64,000 bases of DNA from Leptonemataceae bacterium (GTDB taxonomy: Bacteria; Spirochaetota; Leptospiria; Leptospirales; Leptonemataceae): positions 4,512,001-4,576,000 of the forward strand of contig OZ245742.1 in assembly GCA_965227295.1 (NCBI GenBank). Direction: 5' to 3'. Of this stretch, positions 11,222 through 21,765 are shown one piece after another (within the stretch, counting starts at the first letter, position 1; every line of letters begins with the position of its first letter). A program made the position numbers and the translations under genes. A model generated the notes under the pieces. It was not told the DNA's origin. It ran no database searches and saw only the letters and a program-made list of their open reading frames with translations.

Positions 11222-11992
11222 TTACGGGGCACTACCCGGCACCACCACGCCGCGATCTCCGCGCAGATCAATTGTGCCGCCGCTGTCCACCTGCGCGTTT
11301 TCGTAGTACGAAACCGCGGCGTACAGCCGACGTATCGTCTCGTCGTCCAGTTCCGGCGGCAATTCCACCCGCACACGTTTCGGCGAAAGAAAGAGGCTCA
11401 ACCCGCTTCCGCCATCCAGTACCCGCAGCTCCGAAACACGAGCCGCGAGCTCCGGATACGTTCGGCGCATGCGATCCAGCGACTCCAGCAGCCGCCGCAG
11501 CCCCGGATCGTCGAACCGTTCCGCGTCGCGATGAAACGTCCCGCGCAACACCGGCACTCCGCCGCAGCGCACACGATTCTCCGCGAGAATCGTAAGATCT
11601 CGCCCGATCGCGAAGAGCACCTCGCGCCCGTCCACCCGGCCGTGGATGATCGCCGCGCATTCGCGCTCCTCGACGATCACCCGCAACCCGTCACTGCCGC
11701 GACGCTCGACGCGGGCATCCCGCACGAGCGGATGCAACCGCAATCGCTCTTCCGCCTGCTCCAGCTCTTTGTCCGGATACAGCCGACCGATTTCCAGCCC
11801 CGCGATGCGGCGCACTTCTTCCGCCGTGAGCGTCTGCGTGCCGTCGACCTGCACCCGCTGCACGACTTCCGGAATCACCGGGCCGAAAATCAACATGACG
11901 CTGCCCGCAATCAATGCGACTACGGCGAACACGAACACGACCATGAGACCGCGCGAATTCGTCCCTGCTTCCGGCAGGGAAGACAGCTTCAC
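11222..11992 (-). CDS. ftsQ: Cell division protein FtsQ/DivIB
   Basis: Single TM segment, POTRA-like region, C-terminal IDLR; upstream of ftsA. Confidence 0.8.
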   Translation of the reverse strand: MKLSSLPEAGTNSRGLMVVFVFAVVALIAGSVMLIFGPVIPEVVQRVQVDGTQTLTAEEVRRIAGLEIGRLYPDKELEQAEERLRLHPLVRDARVERRGSDGLRVIVEERECAAIIHGRVDGREVLFAIGRDLTILAENRVRCGGVPVLRGTFHRDAERFDDPGLRRLLESLDRMRRTYPELAARVSELRVLDGGSGLSLFLSPKRVRVELPPELDDETIRRLYAAVSYYENAQVDSGGTIDLRGDRGVVVPGSAP

Positions 11993-12090
11993 CCGTCTGC
12001 AATATTATGTCGCATTGCAATCGCAACAGTTTTTTCCGTTCCGCTTTTATAACGTAAAAAAACTTTCACTTAATGGATGTGTGTACCGGA

Positions 12091-13842
12091 TCAACTCAGT
12101 ATCTTCTCCACGGGCATCCCGCGGTTGTCCAGGAACTCCGGAAAGCGGTGGCGCAGCATGCGAAAAATCAGCAAGTACAGGCGCGCCATGATTCCGTTGA
12201 ACAATACGTAGTCGAGAAAACGGTACCGCGCGCGCTGGCGCATGGCGACGCGCAGGAACAATCGCAGAAAAAAACCGCGCCGCTCCGGTGACACCTGCAC
12301 GAAGAACTTATACGTACCCGGATACGCGGCGTGGTACCGCGGCAGATCTTTTTCGATCCTGCGCAAAACCTTTGCGCGACGCTTCGAGCCCTCTTTCGCG
12401 TAGATGACCTCGCGGCAGAGCGATAACAAACGAAACGTATCGTAGTGAAAACGCGCGTCGTACGGCAACTTGAGCTCGTGAGCAATTTTGCGCATCTTGC
12501 CGATACGGTCCAGGGCCTTACGCCCGGCCGTTACGGAACGCCGGGCTCCCTTGCGAGAAACGAAGAGATTGTAGAGCGTCACGAAGTGATCCGAAATCGT
12601 AACGTTGTCCCAGAAAATGTGCAGTAGCGGCGGCACGCGAGAGCGATGCACGTAGAGTTCCCGCGGAGCGAACTCGGGATCGTAGAGCAGCTCCCGGATT
12701 ACACGATCCGATAAACGCAGAAACTTGAGAAACTTTCGCACGTCTTTCTCGTTCGGCGAGGACTGCGCCGCGTTCGCGCGGTAAAACTCCGACGCCGCTT
12801 CTTTGACGGTGGCCCCGTCCCGAAAAATGCGCAGCGTCACCGCCGTATTCAATTCGTTCCAGTACGACGTATTCTTGAGAAACGTAAAGTTGCGAAAGTG
12901 CGACCAACCGCCCGTTTGCGCCCACACGTGAATGCCGGCGATGCCCTGCGCTTCCCGCAGTTGTTTGTAATAACGCCGGTACTCCCGCCCCGTGAAAGAC
13001 GGGAACTCCCCGAAGCCCTCGTACTCCCGGCGCGTCTGCAGTTCGATGAGTTTCTTTTCCGGTCCGCGCAGGAAATGCGGATTCAGCTTTAAGTATCGAA
13101 AGAAATCACTTTCGCCGTACTTCATTGAAACAATGAAGTACTCGCTCGCCCCGGTACCGCGGAAGACGCGCCGATAGGTGCGCGGATTCCACATGAGATC
13201 ACCGATGCGATACGCGCCGACACTCCAGGTACGAAAGATCATGTATCGCTTGCGGCTTTCAAAGAGGGGCAACAGTTCATGGATCCAGCGATTGGCCTGG
13301 GCCGGGGTCCGCAGCACGATGCGGCTGCGAAAATCGCCTTTCACGTCGACGCCGTCGGACTCCCCCGCGCGGAAGATGATGCCCGCGATTTCCGGAAACT
13401 CTGCGAGCACATCCTCGATGGCCGCTTTCAGTACTTCGATGAGCCTGCCCTCACGGTTCTGCGTCGCTTCTTCGATGGCAGGATGAAAGAACATGAGGTC
13501 CGTCGTGAGGAAGATGCGCATCTTCAACCGAGCTGCGATCTGAAACAGACGCCGGTAGTACTTGCGCCAGCGTTTGATCTTCTTGCGCAGTTCCGGCGGA
13601 TAAAAATCCAGGAGCGCCACCCGGCTCAGTTCATCCACGGAGATGGAGTTGTATCCGAGATCGGCGGCACGGCGTACGTAACGTTCGAAGTTCGAGCGAA
13701 TCTTCTTCTGGCGCTTCTTATGCGGCAGGCCGTCTTTTTTTTCCAGGTGATGATGCGGGACTTTGGACCAGTTGATCAGCGTGCGCGGATGTTTGACGAA
13801 GAACGGCGACGTCGTGTCGATGATGTAAAGTTTCTCGTGCAT
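12091..13842 (-). CDS. Hypothetical protein, possibly glycoside-hydrolase-like TIM barrel (GH67-like)
   Basis: 583 aa ORF; GIIFRAGESDG, IFRTWSVG, KYGESDFF, REYEGFG; family assignment is inference. Confidence 0.5.
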   Translation of the reverse strand: MHEKLYIIDTTSPFFVKHPRTLINWSKVPHHHLEKKDGLPHKKRQKKIRSNFERYVRRAADLGYNSISVDELSRVALLDFYPPELRKKIKRWRKYYRRLFQIAARLKMRIFLTTDLMFFHPAIEEATQNREGRLIEVLKAAIEDVLAEFPEIAGIIFRAGESDGVDVKGDFRSRIVLRTPAQANRWIHELLPLFESRKRYMIFRTWSVGAYRIGDLMWNPRTYRRVFRGTGASEYFIVSMKYGESDFFRYLKLNPHFLRGPEKKLIELQTRREYEGFGEFPSFTGREYRRYYKQLREAQGIAGIHVWAQTGGWSHFRNFTFLKNTSYWNELNTAVTLRIFRDGATVKEAASEFYRANAAQSSPNEKDVRKFLKFLRLSDRVIRELLYDPEFAPRELYVHRSRVPPLLHIFWDNVTISDHFVTLYNLFVSRKGARRSVTAGRKALDRIGKMRKIAHELKLPYDARFHYDTFRLLSLCREVIYAKEGSKRRAKVLRRIEKDLPRYHAAYPGTYKFFVQVSPERRGFFLRLFLRVAMRQRARYRFLDYVLFNGIMARLYLLIFRMLRHRFPEFLDNRGMPVEKILS

Positions 13843-13846
13843 ACAC

Positions 13847-15340
13847 TTAAGCCGGAACGTCGTCCTGGGTCCGCTGCCCTAAGAAGGCGCGCACACTTCC
13901 GGAAATATCACCGGCGCCGAGGCAGGCCACCACGTCTCCAGGCGACGCGGCCGCCGCAATCCCGGCAAAGGCCGCCGCATCGTTTGACGTCAGGAGCTTC
14001 GTCTCCGGTACCGCTTCCCCCGCCATGCGCAAACGTTCCAGTTCTTCCGCAATCAGTTCGCTCCCCACTCCCGGCCGCGGCTGTTCCCCCGCGGAGTACA
14101 GCGGCAACAGAAACAACCGGTCCGCCCCGCTCAGGGCCCGGGCGAAGGCGGCGTAATGCTCCGCAGTACGCGAATAACGATGCGGCTGAAATACGGCCAG
14201 GAGTTTTCCAGGTTCTTCGAGGCGCCGACGAAAGGCGGCCAGCACGGCGCGAATCTCCGTCGGATGATGGCCGTAGTCGTCGTAGTAGCGCGCGCCCTGA
14301 AATTGCCCCAGTAACTCCATGCGCCGCTCCACTCCTGGAAAAGCGTTCAAGAGCTCAATGCTCCGTTCCGGCCGGTAATCCGGACAACTCAAGAACCCAC
14401 GCCGCACCGACGCGTCGATCAGCGCAAATACGCCGAGGGCGTTGCCGGCGAAATGCCGGCCGGGCATGCGCAGTTCCAGTTCACCCGCGGCCCGGGAATC
14501 GCCGGGAGTAATGACGCGCAAACGATCGCTTTCTCCCAGGAATTCGCCGGCGTAGTGCCGCTCCGGAGCAACCTCGCGCGCGTCCGCCGCGGCGTACGTA
14601 AATATAGTATCACGTGAAGTTAGTCCGGCGGCTCGCACCGCCCCGGCCAGGTGGGCGTCGCCGGCGTTATAGACCGTCAGCGCTCCGCCGGCGGCGAACT
14701 CCCCGAACGAGCGGCTGAGATTCGCAAAGTTGCCGTAGTGCTCTAAGTGATCGTGATCGACGTTTAAGATAAGACGCAAGCGAGCCCTCGCTTTCAGGAA
14801 GGAGCCGTCGGATTCGTCGGTTTCGTAGACGCCCGTGCGACCGGCGCCGTACTCCACGCCCCCGGGCAGGTACAAGGGCCGACCGCCGACCAGAATGTGC
14901 GGCGCAAGATCCAGGCCGCGCAGAACCCAACCAACCATGGACGAACTCGACGTCTTGCCGTGGGTGCCGGCGACACAAAGCGCTTCCGGACAATCTGCAA
15001 AGCACAAATTCAGAAAGTCCATGCGATGCAGCAGACGCAGTTTCCGTTCGTCGGCCAGGCGTCGCGCGGCCTCGCGCTCGACATGATCCGTTGCGATGGC
15101 CGAACTATAGACTACGAGATCGTAACCGGCCTGAAGATGTGCGGCGTCGTGTTGCCGGTGGACGACGACGCCCTCGCCTTCCAGCTTACGCAGTTTTTCC
15201 GGTGTGATGCCGGGGTCCGAACCGTGCACCGTATAACCGGCGCGCACGGCGAAGCGCGCCAACGGTTCCATGCCCGAACCACCGACGCCGATGAGAAAGG
15301 CTCGACCGCGCGGTTTTAAGGCAGAATCAGAAAAAGTCAT
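13847..15340 (-). CDS. murC: UDP-N-acetylmuramate--L-alanine ligase
   Basis: IGVGGSGM, AGTHGKTS, ETDESDGSF, DDYGHHPTE, FQPHRYSRT. Confidence 0.95.
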   Translation of the reverse strand: MTFSDSALKPRGRAFLIGVGGSGMEPLARFAVRAGYTVHGSDPGITPEKLRKLEGEGVVVHRQHDAAHLQAGYDLVVYSSAIATDHVEREAARRLADERKLRLLHRMDFLNLCFADCPEALCVAGTHGKTSSSSMVGWVLRGLDLAPHILVGGRPLYLPGGVEYGAGRTGVYETDESDGSFLKARARLRLILNVDHDHLEHYGNFANLSRSFGEFAAGGALTVYNAGDAHLAGAVRAAGLTSRDTIFTYAAADAREVAPERHYAGEFLGESDRLRVITPGDSRAAGELELRMPGRHFAGNALGVFALIDASVRRGFLSCPDYRPERSIELLNAFPGVERRMELLGQFQGARYYDDYGHHPTEIRAVLAAFRRRLEEPGKLLAVFQPHRYSRTAEHYAAFARALSGADRLFLLPLYSAGEQPRPGVGSELIAEELERLRMAGEAVPETKLLTSNDAAAFAGIAAAASPGDVVACLGAGDISGSVRAFLGQRTQDDVPA

Positions 15341-16451
15341 CCGCTTCCAGTTCCTGACGGATGCGTTCCGCCGCCCCGGGTCGGCCCAGGTCAACGGAAG
15401 CTTTCGCCGCGGCGCGACGCAGCGCGGGTTTTTGGATCCAGGCGCGCAGGGTTTCGATGAGCAACTGCGGGTCCTCGTCGCGTTGGTCCAGGCAGACGGC
15501 CGCGCCGTGTTCTTCTAAGTAACGCGCGTTGGCGAGCTGATGGGCGTCGGCGGCGTACGGATACGGAACCAGGATCATCGGCAATCCGAAGACCAGGCCC
15601 TCGGAAAGTACGCCGGCCCCGGCGCGGCAGATCAACACGTCCGCCTGTTTGTAAAACTCATGAATACCGGGATGATAGCCCAGGAGTTCGACGTGGGGAT
15701 ACTGTCCTTTCGGCAGGCGTTGTTGCATCTCTTCGACGTGGGCCCGTCCGCACTGCACGATCCAGCGGATTTCTTTGCCGGAAAAAACACCGGCCGCCTG
15801 GACGACCATGGCATTGATCTGCGCCGCCCCCTGGCTCCCGCCGAGCACCAGGGCCGTGAGGGCCTTACTGGACTTCGTCGCTTTCTTTTTCGAAGCCGCC
15901 TTCTTTTTCCCTGCGCTACCGGTCCGCCTGCCCGCGAACTCCAGGATCTTCGGTCGCAACGGATTGCCGGCAACAACGGTGCGCGCCCGGGCACTTAGCT
16001 GAAACTTATCTGAAGTTACGGGGAAATTCAAGAACGTTCGCCGTGCCCATGAGGCGAACAGACGCGTGGCCCGGCCGGGCACGGCATTCTGTTCGCACAG
16101 GCAAAACGGCACGCCGCCCAGCATCGCCGCCGTGATGCCGGGAAAAATGGAGTAGCCGCCCATGCCGATGACCAGGTCCGCGCGGATTTCGCGCAGGAGT
16201 TTGTGCGCCGCAAACAGCGCCTTTGCAAAACGCAGGGGAAAACTGACGAGACCGCGCAGGCTGCGGCGGATGGGCGGGGCGTCGTAGGTGTGCAGGGGAA
16301 ACGGTAGATCGTTAAAGTCGGCGTACCCGCGGTCCTTGCCCAAGGTCAAAAAATGTACGGTGAAACTCTTTTGTAACTCCCGGGCCAGACCGAGGCCCGG
16401 GACGATGTGACCGCCGGTGCCGCCGGCGATGATCAAAATGCTTCTGGACAT
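15327..16451 (-). CDS. murG: Undecaprenyl-PP-MurNAc-pentapeptide GlcNAc transferase
   Basis: GGTGGH, EQNAVPG, GNPLR, GGSQGA, CRAGA, HQLANA. Confidence 0.95.
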   Translation of the reverse strand: MSRSILIIAGGTGGHIVPGLGLARELQKSFTVHFLTLGKDRGYADFNDLPFPLHTYDAPPIRRSLRGLVSFPLRFAKALFAAHKLLREIRADLVIGMGGYSIFPGITAAMLGGVPFCLCEQNAVPGRATRLFASWARRTFLNFPVTSDKFQLSARARTVVAGNPLRPKILEFAGRRTGSAGKKKAASKKKATKSSKALTALVLGGSQGAAQINAMVVQAAGVFSGKEIRWIVQCGRAHVEEMQQRLPKGQYPHVELLGYHPGIHEFYKQADVLICRAGAGVLSEGLVFGLPMILVPYPYAADAHQLANARYLEEHGAAVCLDQRDEDPQLLIETLRAWIQKPALRRAAAKASVDLGRPGAAERIRQELEADDFF

Positions 16452-16505
16452 TAAGGACAAATTACGCTTCGCCCTTTTCCAGGCCACCGAATTCCGGGCC
16501 GCCCC

Positions 16506-17711
16506 TCAGCGGCGCGGCGGCCGGGCGTGGGCGCTCGCGTTGACCAGCAGGCCGCAGAACACCAGGCTCACGATCAAACTCGATCCGCCGTAGCTCAAGA
16601 ACGGCAGGCTCACTCCGGTGGTGGGAATGAGTCCCGTTACCACGCACATGTTCACGACGGCCTGCAGCACCAGCATGACGAGCGCGCCGGAGGCAAGCAG
16701 AAAGACGAACGGATCCTCGATGCGCCGAATCATCATACTCCCGCGCCAGAGTAGCGCCGCAAAGAGACCCAGAATGACCGCAACACCGAGCACGCCGAAA
16801 TCTTCCGCGAGCAACGCAAAGATGAAGTCCGTGTGACCGTAGGTTAAGTAACGATGAGAGAATCCGTCGGCGATGTCGCCGCCGCCGAACCAACCACCCT
16901 CTCGAAAAGCGCGGAACGACGTCACGAGCTGGTAACCGCCCTCGTGGCGATACTCGTACGGATCAAACCAGACCATCAGTCGTTCCAGGCGATACTCCCA
17001 GAACACGACAAGCAATGCCAGGAGCGGCAACGTGGCGAGAAAGAGCAATCCCAATCGCAGCATGGGAAAACCGGAGAGATACACCATGCATACGAGTACG
17101 GCCAGCATACAGAGTGTCGTTCCGTACTGCGGTTCCAGCACAATCGAAGCGAGAAGAAACAGAACCAGGCCGAGCGGCGGCGCGAGTTTGCGCACGTCGT
17201 ACTCGGATTGCAATTCGCCGCCGCGAGACAGAACGTACGCGACATACAGGATCATCGCGATCTTGGCGAACTCCGACGGCTGAAAGACAATGGGCCCGAT
17301 GCGCAGCCAGCGATGGAACGCCTCCCGCGAAGAACTTACACTGTGTCCCAGGCCCGGGACAAACACGAGCAACAACACGACGATCGCGAACAACATTCCC
17401 GGCAACGCGAGACGACGCATGAGTTGCATGGGCGTCACCGCCGCGAAGAGCATGAGCACGAAGCCGGCGAAGAACCAGCCGAGCTGCCGCTTCAGAAAGA
17501 AGTCCGGATCACCCAGTTCCCGCGCGGCGATGGTCGCCGAGGCCGGATACAACACGAGCATGCCGGCGGCGGTCAGAGCCACGGCCAGGGCAAACAAAAT
17601 CATATCGCGGCCGGCCACATCGCGTGTGCGCGGCAGGATCTGAAACAATCGCCCGGTGGCGTTTGGAGGAATCGTCGCCTGGTTTGAGGACATATGCAAC
17701 GGCGTCCGCAA
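16506..17711 (-). CDS. ftsW: SEDS peptidoglycan glycosyltransferase FtsW
   Basis: RWLRIGP, FQPSEFAK, HTDFIFA, PTTGVSLPFLSYGGSS; multiple TM segments. Confidence 0.93.
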   Translation of the reverse strand: MRTPLHMSSNQATIPPNATGRLFQILPRTRDVAGRDMILFALAVALTAAGMLVLYPASATIAARELGDPDFFLKRQLGWFFAGFVLMLFAAVTPMQLMRRLALPGMLFAIVVLLLVFVPGLGHSVSSSREAFHRWLRIGPIVFQPSEFAKIAMILYVAYVLSRGGELQSEYDVRKLAPPLGLVLFLLASIVLEPQYGTTLCMLAVLVCMVYLSGFPMLRLGLLFLATLPLLALLVVFWEYRLERLMVWFDPYEYRHEGGYQLVTSFRAFREGGWFGGGDIADGFSHRYLTYGHTDFIFALLAEDFGVLGVAVILGLFAALLWRGSMMIRRIEDPFVFLLASGALVMLVLQAVVNMCVVTGLIPTTGVSLPFLSYGGSSLIVSLVFCGLLVNASAHARPPRR

Positions 17712-19148
17712 TTACGTCGGCGCGGCGTGCACGAGTTCGCGAAAGAACCGGCCCCGCTCCGCATACGAAGCAAACGCATCGAACGAAGCGCAGGCCGGGC
17801 TCAGTAAGATGATGGCCCGGCCGCCTTCGTTCCTGACATATACTTCGGCAGCTTTGCGAGCGGCCTCAAACGCTGTTTTTAGATCGGCGAAGGGCGCCGC
17901 TACATGTATTTGTGCGCGGCCCACGGCCGTGACGATGCCCGGGCCGGCCTCCCCGAACGGAAAGAGCACCACGTTCTCCCGGCCGCCCAGTTCCCGGAAA
18001 TCCGTGCCCTTGGGTTTGCCGCCGCAGAGCAGAAAGACGCGCTCACCGGCTTGAGTGAACGATGCCAGGGCCGCCGCGGCGGCCTGCACGGTCGTGGCCT
18101 TGCTGTCGTTGATGTACAGCAGATTGCCCTGCTCCGCGACGACCTCCATGCGATGTTCGAGCCCCTGAAAACTCCGTACGGCTTCGACTAACTTCGTACG
18201 ATCGACAGTCAGGCCTTCGCCGGCAACGGTATCCAGGGCTTCGAGGACGGCCAGGGCGAAGCGCAGGTTCTCCTGGTTGTGCACGCCGGGCAGCGGAAGG
18301 TCTGCCGCCGCGGTGAGATCGGCCCCGGCGTAGTGCAGGCGTTCGGGTACGCCGCTGTCTGCAATGGTGGTGATGGGACTTAGTTTCGGCGGCGATTCTC
18401 CACTGACCACGGAACGCGCTCGTTCGACAATCCAGAGCGGCGCGAGAAAGACGGCCGGCGCTCGCATCTGTTTCAGTACGTTCAACTTTGCATTGAGATA
18501 CGCGTCCAGGTTATCATAACGATCCAGATGATCGTCCGCCAGGTTCAGGATCACCGCGACGTCCGGCGCGAATTCCTGTACGAGTTCCAGTTGAAACGAA
18601 GAACACTCCACGACCAGCACATCCGCCTCATTCGCCTCCACGATCACCTGCGAAAGCGGCCGGCCGATGTTTCCGCACGCTAACGCCCGCACTCCGCAGG
18701 CGCCCGCGATCAAGTGCGCGATCAACGCCGTCGTCGTGGACTTACCGTCGGTACCGGTCACGGCGATCAGGTGCGGCATCGCCCGGCCGTCGCGCTCACA
18801 AAGCTTCCGCAGTATTTCGTACGCGAAGTCGTTCTCCCCGCGCAGTGGAATGCCCCGCGCCTGCACGGCCTGGAGCAACGGCGATGCCAACGGCACCCCG
18901 GGCGCAGTGATGACCAGGTCGAGGGCGCTTTCGTTCAAGATCTCGTCGAGCAACGCGGCATCGTCGCGAGGGCGGAGGTCCCGGGCGACGCCCGCCGCGA
19001 TGCTTGCGGCAACGGTCGGCGGCCAGGCTGCCTGTTCACTGCGGTCGGAGAGCAGCACCCGGGCCCCCAGGCGTACGCACAGTTCCGCGACAAAGCGACC
19101 GGAGAGTCCGCCCGCGCCGCAAATCAGAATGCTAAGGTTTTCCAGCAA
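17712..19148 (-). CDS. murD: UDP-MurNAc-L-Ala--D-glutamate ligase
   Basis: VTGTDGKSTT, ECSSFQL, DHLDRY, NDSKAT, LSPACASFDAF. Confidence 0.95.
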   Translation of the reverse strand: MLENLSILICGAGGLSGRFVAELCVRLGARVLLSDRSEQAAWPPTVAASIAAGVARDLRPRDDAALLDEILNESALDLVITAPGVPLASPLLQAVQARGIPLRGENDFAYEILRKLCERDGRAMPHLIAVTGTDGKSTTTALIAHLIAGACGVRALACGNIGRPLSQVIVEANEADVLVVECSSFQLELVQEFAPDVAVILNLADDHLDRYDNLDAYLNAKLNVLKQMRAPAVFLAPLWIVERARSVVSGESPPKLSPITTIADSGVPERLHYAGADLTAAADLPLPGVHNQENLRFALAVLEALDTVAGEGLTVDRTKLVEAVRSFQGLEHRMEVVAEQGNLLYINDSKATTVQAAAAALASFTQAGERVFLLCGGKPKGTDFRELGGRENVVLFPFGEAGPGIVTAVGRAQIHVAAPFADLKTAFEAARKAAEVYVRNEGGRAIILLSPACASFDAFASYAERGRFFRELVHAAPT

Positions 19149-19170
19149 ATAATTACCGGGAGCAGATTAG

Positions 19171-20283
19171 TTATTGAATGCGCAAGGTGGAGAGCGCCAG
19201 CAAACTCAAGATCACGCCGATCAGCCAGAAGCGAATGACCACGCGCGTTTCCGGCCAGCCCAGGAGTTCGAAGTGGTGATGCAACGGCGCCATCTTGAAG
19301 ATGCGTTTGCCGCGCAGCTTGAACGAGCCCACCTGCAAAATCACCGAAAGCGCTTCCAGAACAAAGACGCCGCCGGCGATCACGAGCAGGAGTTCTTTTT
19401 TTAAGATGATGGCGGTCATGCCCAGGGCGCCGCCCAGGGCCAGCGAGCCGGTATCGCCCATGAAGATGCGCGCCGGCGCGGCGTTGAACCACAAGAATCC
19501 CACACCGGCACCCGTAAGAGCGGCCAGGAAAACCGAGACCTCGTGAGCGTCGATGACCGCGGGTAAGTTGAGATAGTTCGCGGCGCGGGGCGAACCGGTG
19601 ATGTATGCCAGGATGCCCATGGTCACCGCGACGATGCAGACGTTGCCGATGGCCAGGCCGTCGAGGCCGTCGGTCAGATTCACGCCGTGACACGAGCCCA
19701 CGATGACAATCACCCAGAACGGCAACGCAATAAACGGCGTAAGATCCAGGACCTGGCCCTTAACGAACGGAACGAACAGACCGGTATTCGTGTAGGCGAT
19801 GGTGTTGTCCTCGGGAGATTCGAGCGGGGTGAGCAGATAGTACAGCACGCAGAAACCGCCGGCAACCAGGAGCGACAGCGCCATCTTCGTGCGGGCGTTC
19901 ATGCCGTTCTTAATGCGCAGCACGACCTTGGAGTAATCGTCAAGAAAACCGATGCCGCCCATCATCAGCGTGCAGATCCAGAGCAACACGAAGTGCGGGT
20001 TGTGAAAGTTACCGAACAGCAGGCACGGCACGCTGAAGCTGAGCAGAATCAAAAGCCCGCCCATGGTCGGCGTGCCCGCCTTGGACTGGTGCGACTCCGG
20101 CCCGTCGGAGCGGATCGTTTCGCGAAACTTGAGATTGCGCAGTTTGATGATGATCCAGTTGCCGGTGAGAAAGGCCACCGCCATGGCGGTCAGGCCGGCG
20201 AGCAACGCGCGAAAGCTGACAAAACCGAAGAGGCGGAACCAGGACGGCACGGAATCGAAGTGAGAATAAAAGTATTCGAACAT
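19171..20283 (-). CDS. mraY: Phospho-MurNAc-pentapeptide transferase
   Basis: GTPTMGG, NLTDGLDGLA, FMGDTGSL, MAPLHHHFE. Confidence 0.97.
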   Translation of the reverse strand: MFEYFYSHFDSVPSWFRLFGFVSFRALLAGLTAMAVAFLTGNWIIIKLRNLKFRETIRSDGPESHQSKAGTPTMGGLLILLSFSVPCLLFGNFHNPHFVLLWICTLMMGGIGFLDDYSKVVLRIKNGMNARTKMALSLLVAGGFCVLYYLLTPLESPEDNTIAYTNTGLFVPFVKGQVLDLTPFIALPFWVIVIVGSCHGVNLTDGLDGLAIGNVCIVAVTMGILAYITGSPRAANYLNLPAVIDAHEVSVFLAALTGAGVGFLWFNAAPARIFMGDTGSLALGGALGMTAIILKKELLLVIAGGVFVLEALSVILQVGSFKLRGKRIFKMAPLHHHFELLGWPETRVVIRFWLIGVILSLLALSTLRIQ

Positions 20284-20310
20284 ATCAAAAAATAATCGCG
20301 CATCAGGCGT

Positions 20311-21765
20311 TCAGCCCGTGCGCCGTTCGCGCAGAGCGTCGGCAACGCGATCCATGCGTGCGGAGCGCGAACCCTTCACCAGTACGCCGTCGAAGTCCGT
20401 GAGGCCTCCGGGAAAATTCGGGGCACGTAGTTCTTCAAAGAGCGCCGCGCCGAGGGCCTCCGCATCCGCAGCCTGGACGATCCTGCCTTCCGGGCGACGT
20501 GCGCGAAAACCGTTTTTTATTTCTTCGGCAAATTTCCCGCCGCTTACGGCCAGAAATTCGAAGCCGAGGTCCCCGGCTACCTCCCCCACCTGTCGATGCC
20601 CCGCGGCGGCATGGGCCTCACCCAACTCACCCATCTCACCGGCGACGCAAATCAATCGCCCGTGCGGGAGCAGCGCGCGCAGGGCTTCCAGAGATTTTAC
20701 GAACGAGGCCGGGTTGGCGTTGTAGCTGTCGTCGACGAGTAAGATGGGCGGGCGCTCCGTTTCGCGCGGGAGTCGAATCACTTCAAAGCGCCGGCCGGAG
20801 AGCGGTCGGATGTTCCGCGCCGCCTCTACCAGCGACTCCGGTGCGAAATCGGCAGCGGCGAGCATCTCAAGGACGCCGCGCAAATTCGAAGCCATGACGG
20901 GATTCACGTATGCCGGGGCAACGACCGTGTGACCGCGCCAGGGAAACCGCAGGCCGTGCGCGGGGTCCACGCTCACCTCACCGGGGGCGAAGCCGTTGTA
21001 GACGATCTCCACATTCCGTTCGCGCGCCAGGGCGGCGGCGACGTCGGCGAGCACGGCGTCGGCGGGATAGACCAGCGTGCCGCCGTCCATGCCGGCCAGA
21101 ATTTCCAGCTTCGCCCGCGCAATGCCCTGGATGTTCTCAAAGAACTCGATGTGAACCTCGGCGATGCTCGTGATCAACGCCAGGTGCGGTCGCGCCAGGT
21201 CCGAGAGCAGTTCAATCTCCCCGGCGTGATTCATGCCCATCTCCACAACCACGGCCGCCTCGTCCCCGCGGAAGCCGAGCAGCGTCAGCGGCACCCCGAA
21301 GTGATTGTTCAGATTGCCCCGGGTCGCGCCGACGCGATCGGCGCCGTGCAATTCCGCGAGCATGCCGTGGGCCATTTCCTTGGCCGAGGTCTTGCCGTTG
21401 GAGCCGGTGATGCCGTAGAACCTGGTCGCGCTCATGCGCTCGCGGTGAAAACGCGCCAGATCCTGGAGGGCGACGAGGCCGTCCGGTACCGAAAAGACGG
21501 TGGTACGGCCCGGCTCCGGCAGTTCCAGGCCTCCGGCTAAAAGTGCACTTTCTTCTACTATAAGACCGGCCGCGCCGGCCTGCATGGCCTGGGCGATGTA
21601 GCGATGACCGTCCGTGCGATCACCGCGCACGCAGACGAAGATCTGTCCCGGTTGGATCGTGCGGCTATCGATGGCCACGCCGGTGGCGCGCCAGTTCGGA
21701 TCTTCGGCGTGGAGCGGCGTCACGCCCAGGGCCAGCGCCAGGTCCGCCTGGTTCCAGGGACTCAC
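20311..21765 (-). CDS. murF: UDP-MurNAc-tripeptide--D-Ala-D-Ala ligase
   Basis: ITGSNGKT, NNHFGVP, EMGMNHAGEI, DDSYNANP, KGSR. Confidence 0.95.
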   Translation of the reverse strand: MSPWNQADLALALGVTPLHAEDPNWRATGVAIDSRTIQPGQIFVCVRGDRTDGHRYIAQAMQAGAAGLIVEESALLAGGLELPEPGRTTVFSVPDGLVALQDLARFHRERMSATRFYGITGSNGKTSAKEMAHGMLAELHGADRVGATRGNLNNHFGVPLTLLGFRGDEAAVVVEMGMNHAGEIELLSDLARPHLALITSIAEVHIEFFENIQGIARAKLEILAGMDGGTLVYPADAVLADVAAALARERNVEIVYNGFAPGEVSVDPAHGLRFPWRGHTVVAPAYVNPVMASNLRGVLEMLAAADFAPESLVEAARNIRPLSGRRFEVIRLPRETERPPILLVDDSYNANPASFVKSLEALRALLPHGRLICVAGEMGELGEAHAAAGHRQVGEVAGDLGFEFLAVSGGKFAEEIKNGFRARRPEGRIVQAADAEALGAALFEELRAPNFPGGLTDFDGVLVKGSRSARMDRVADALRERRTG

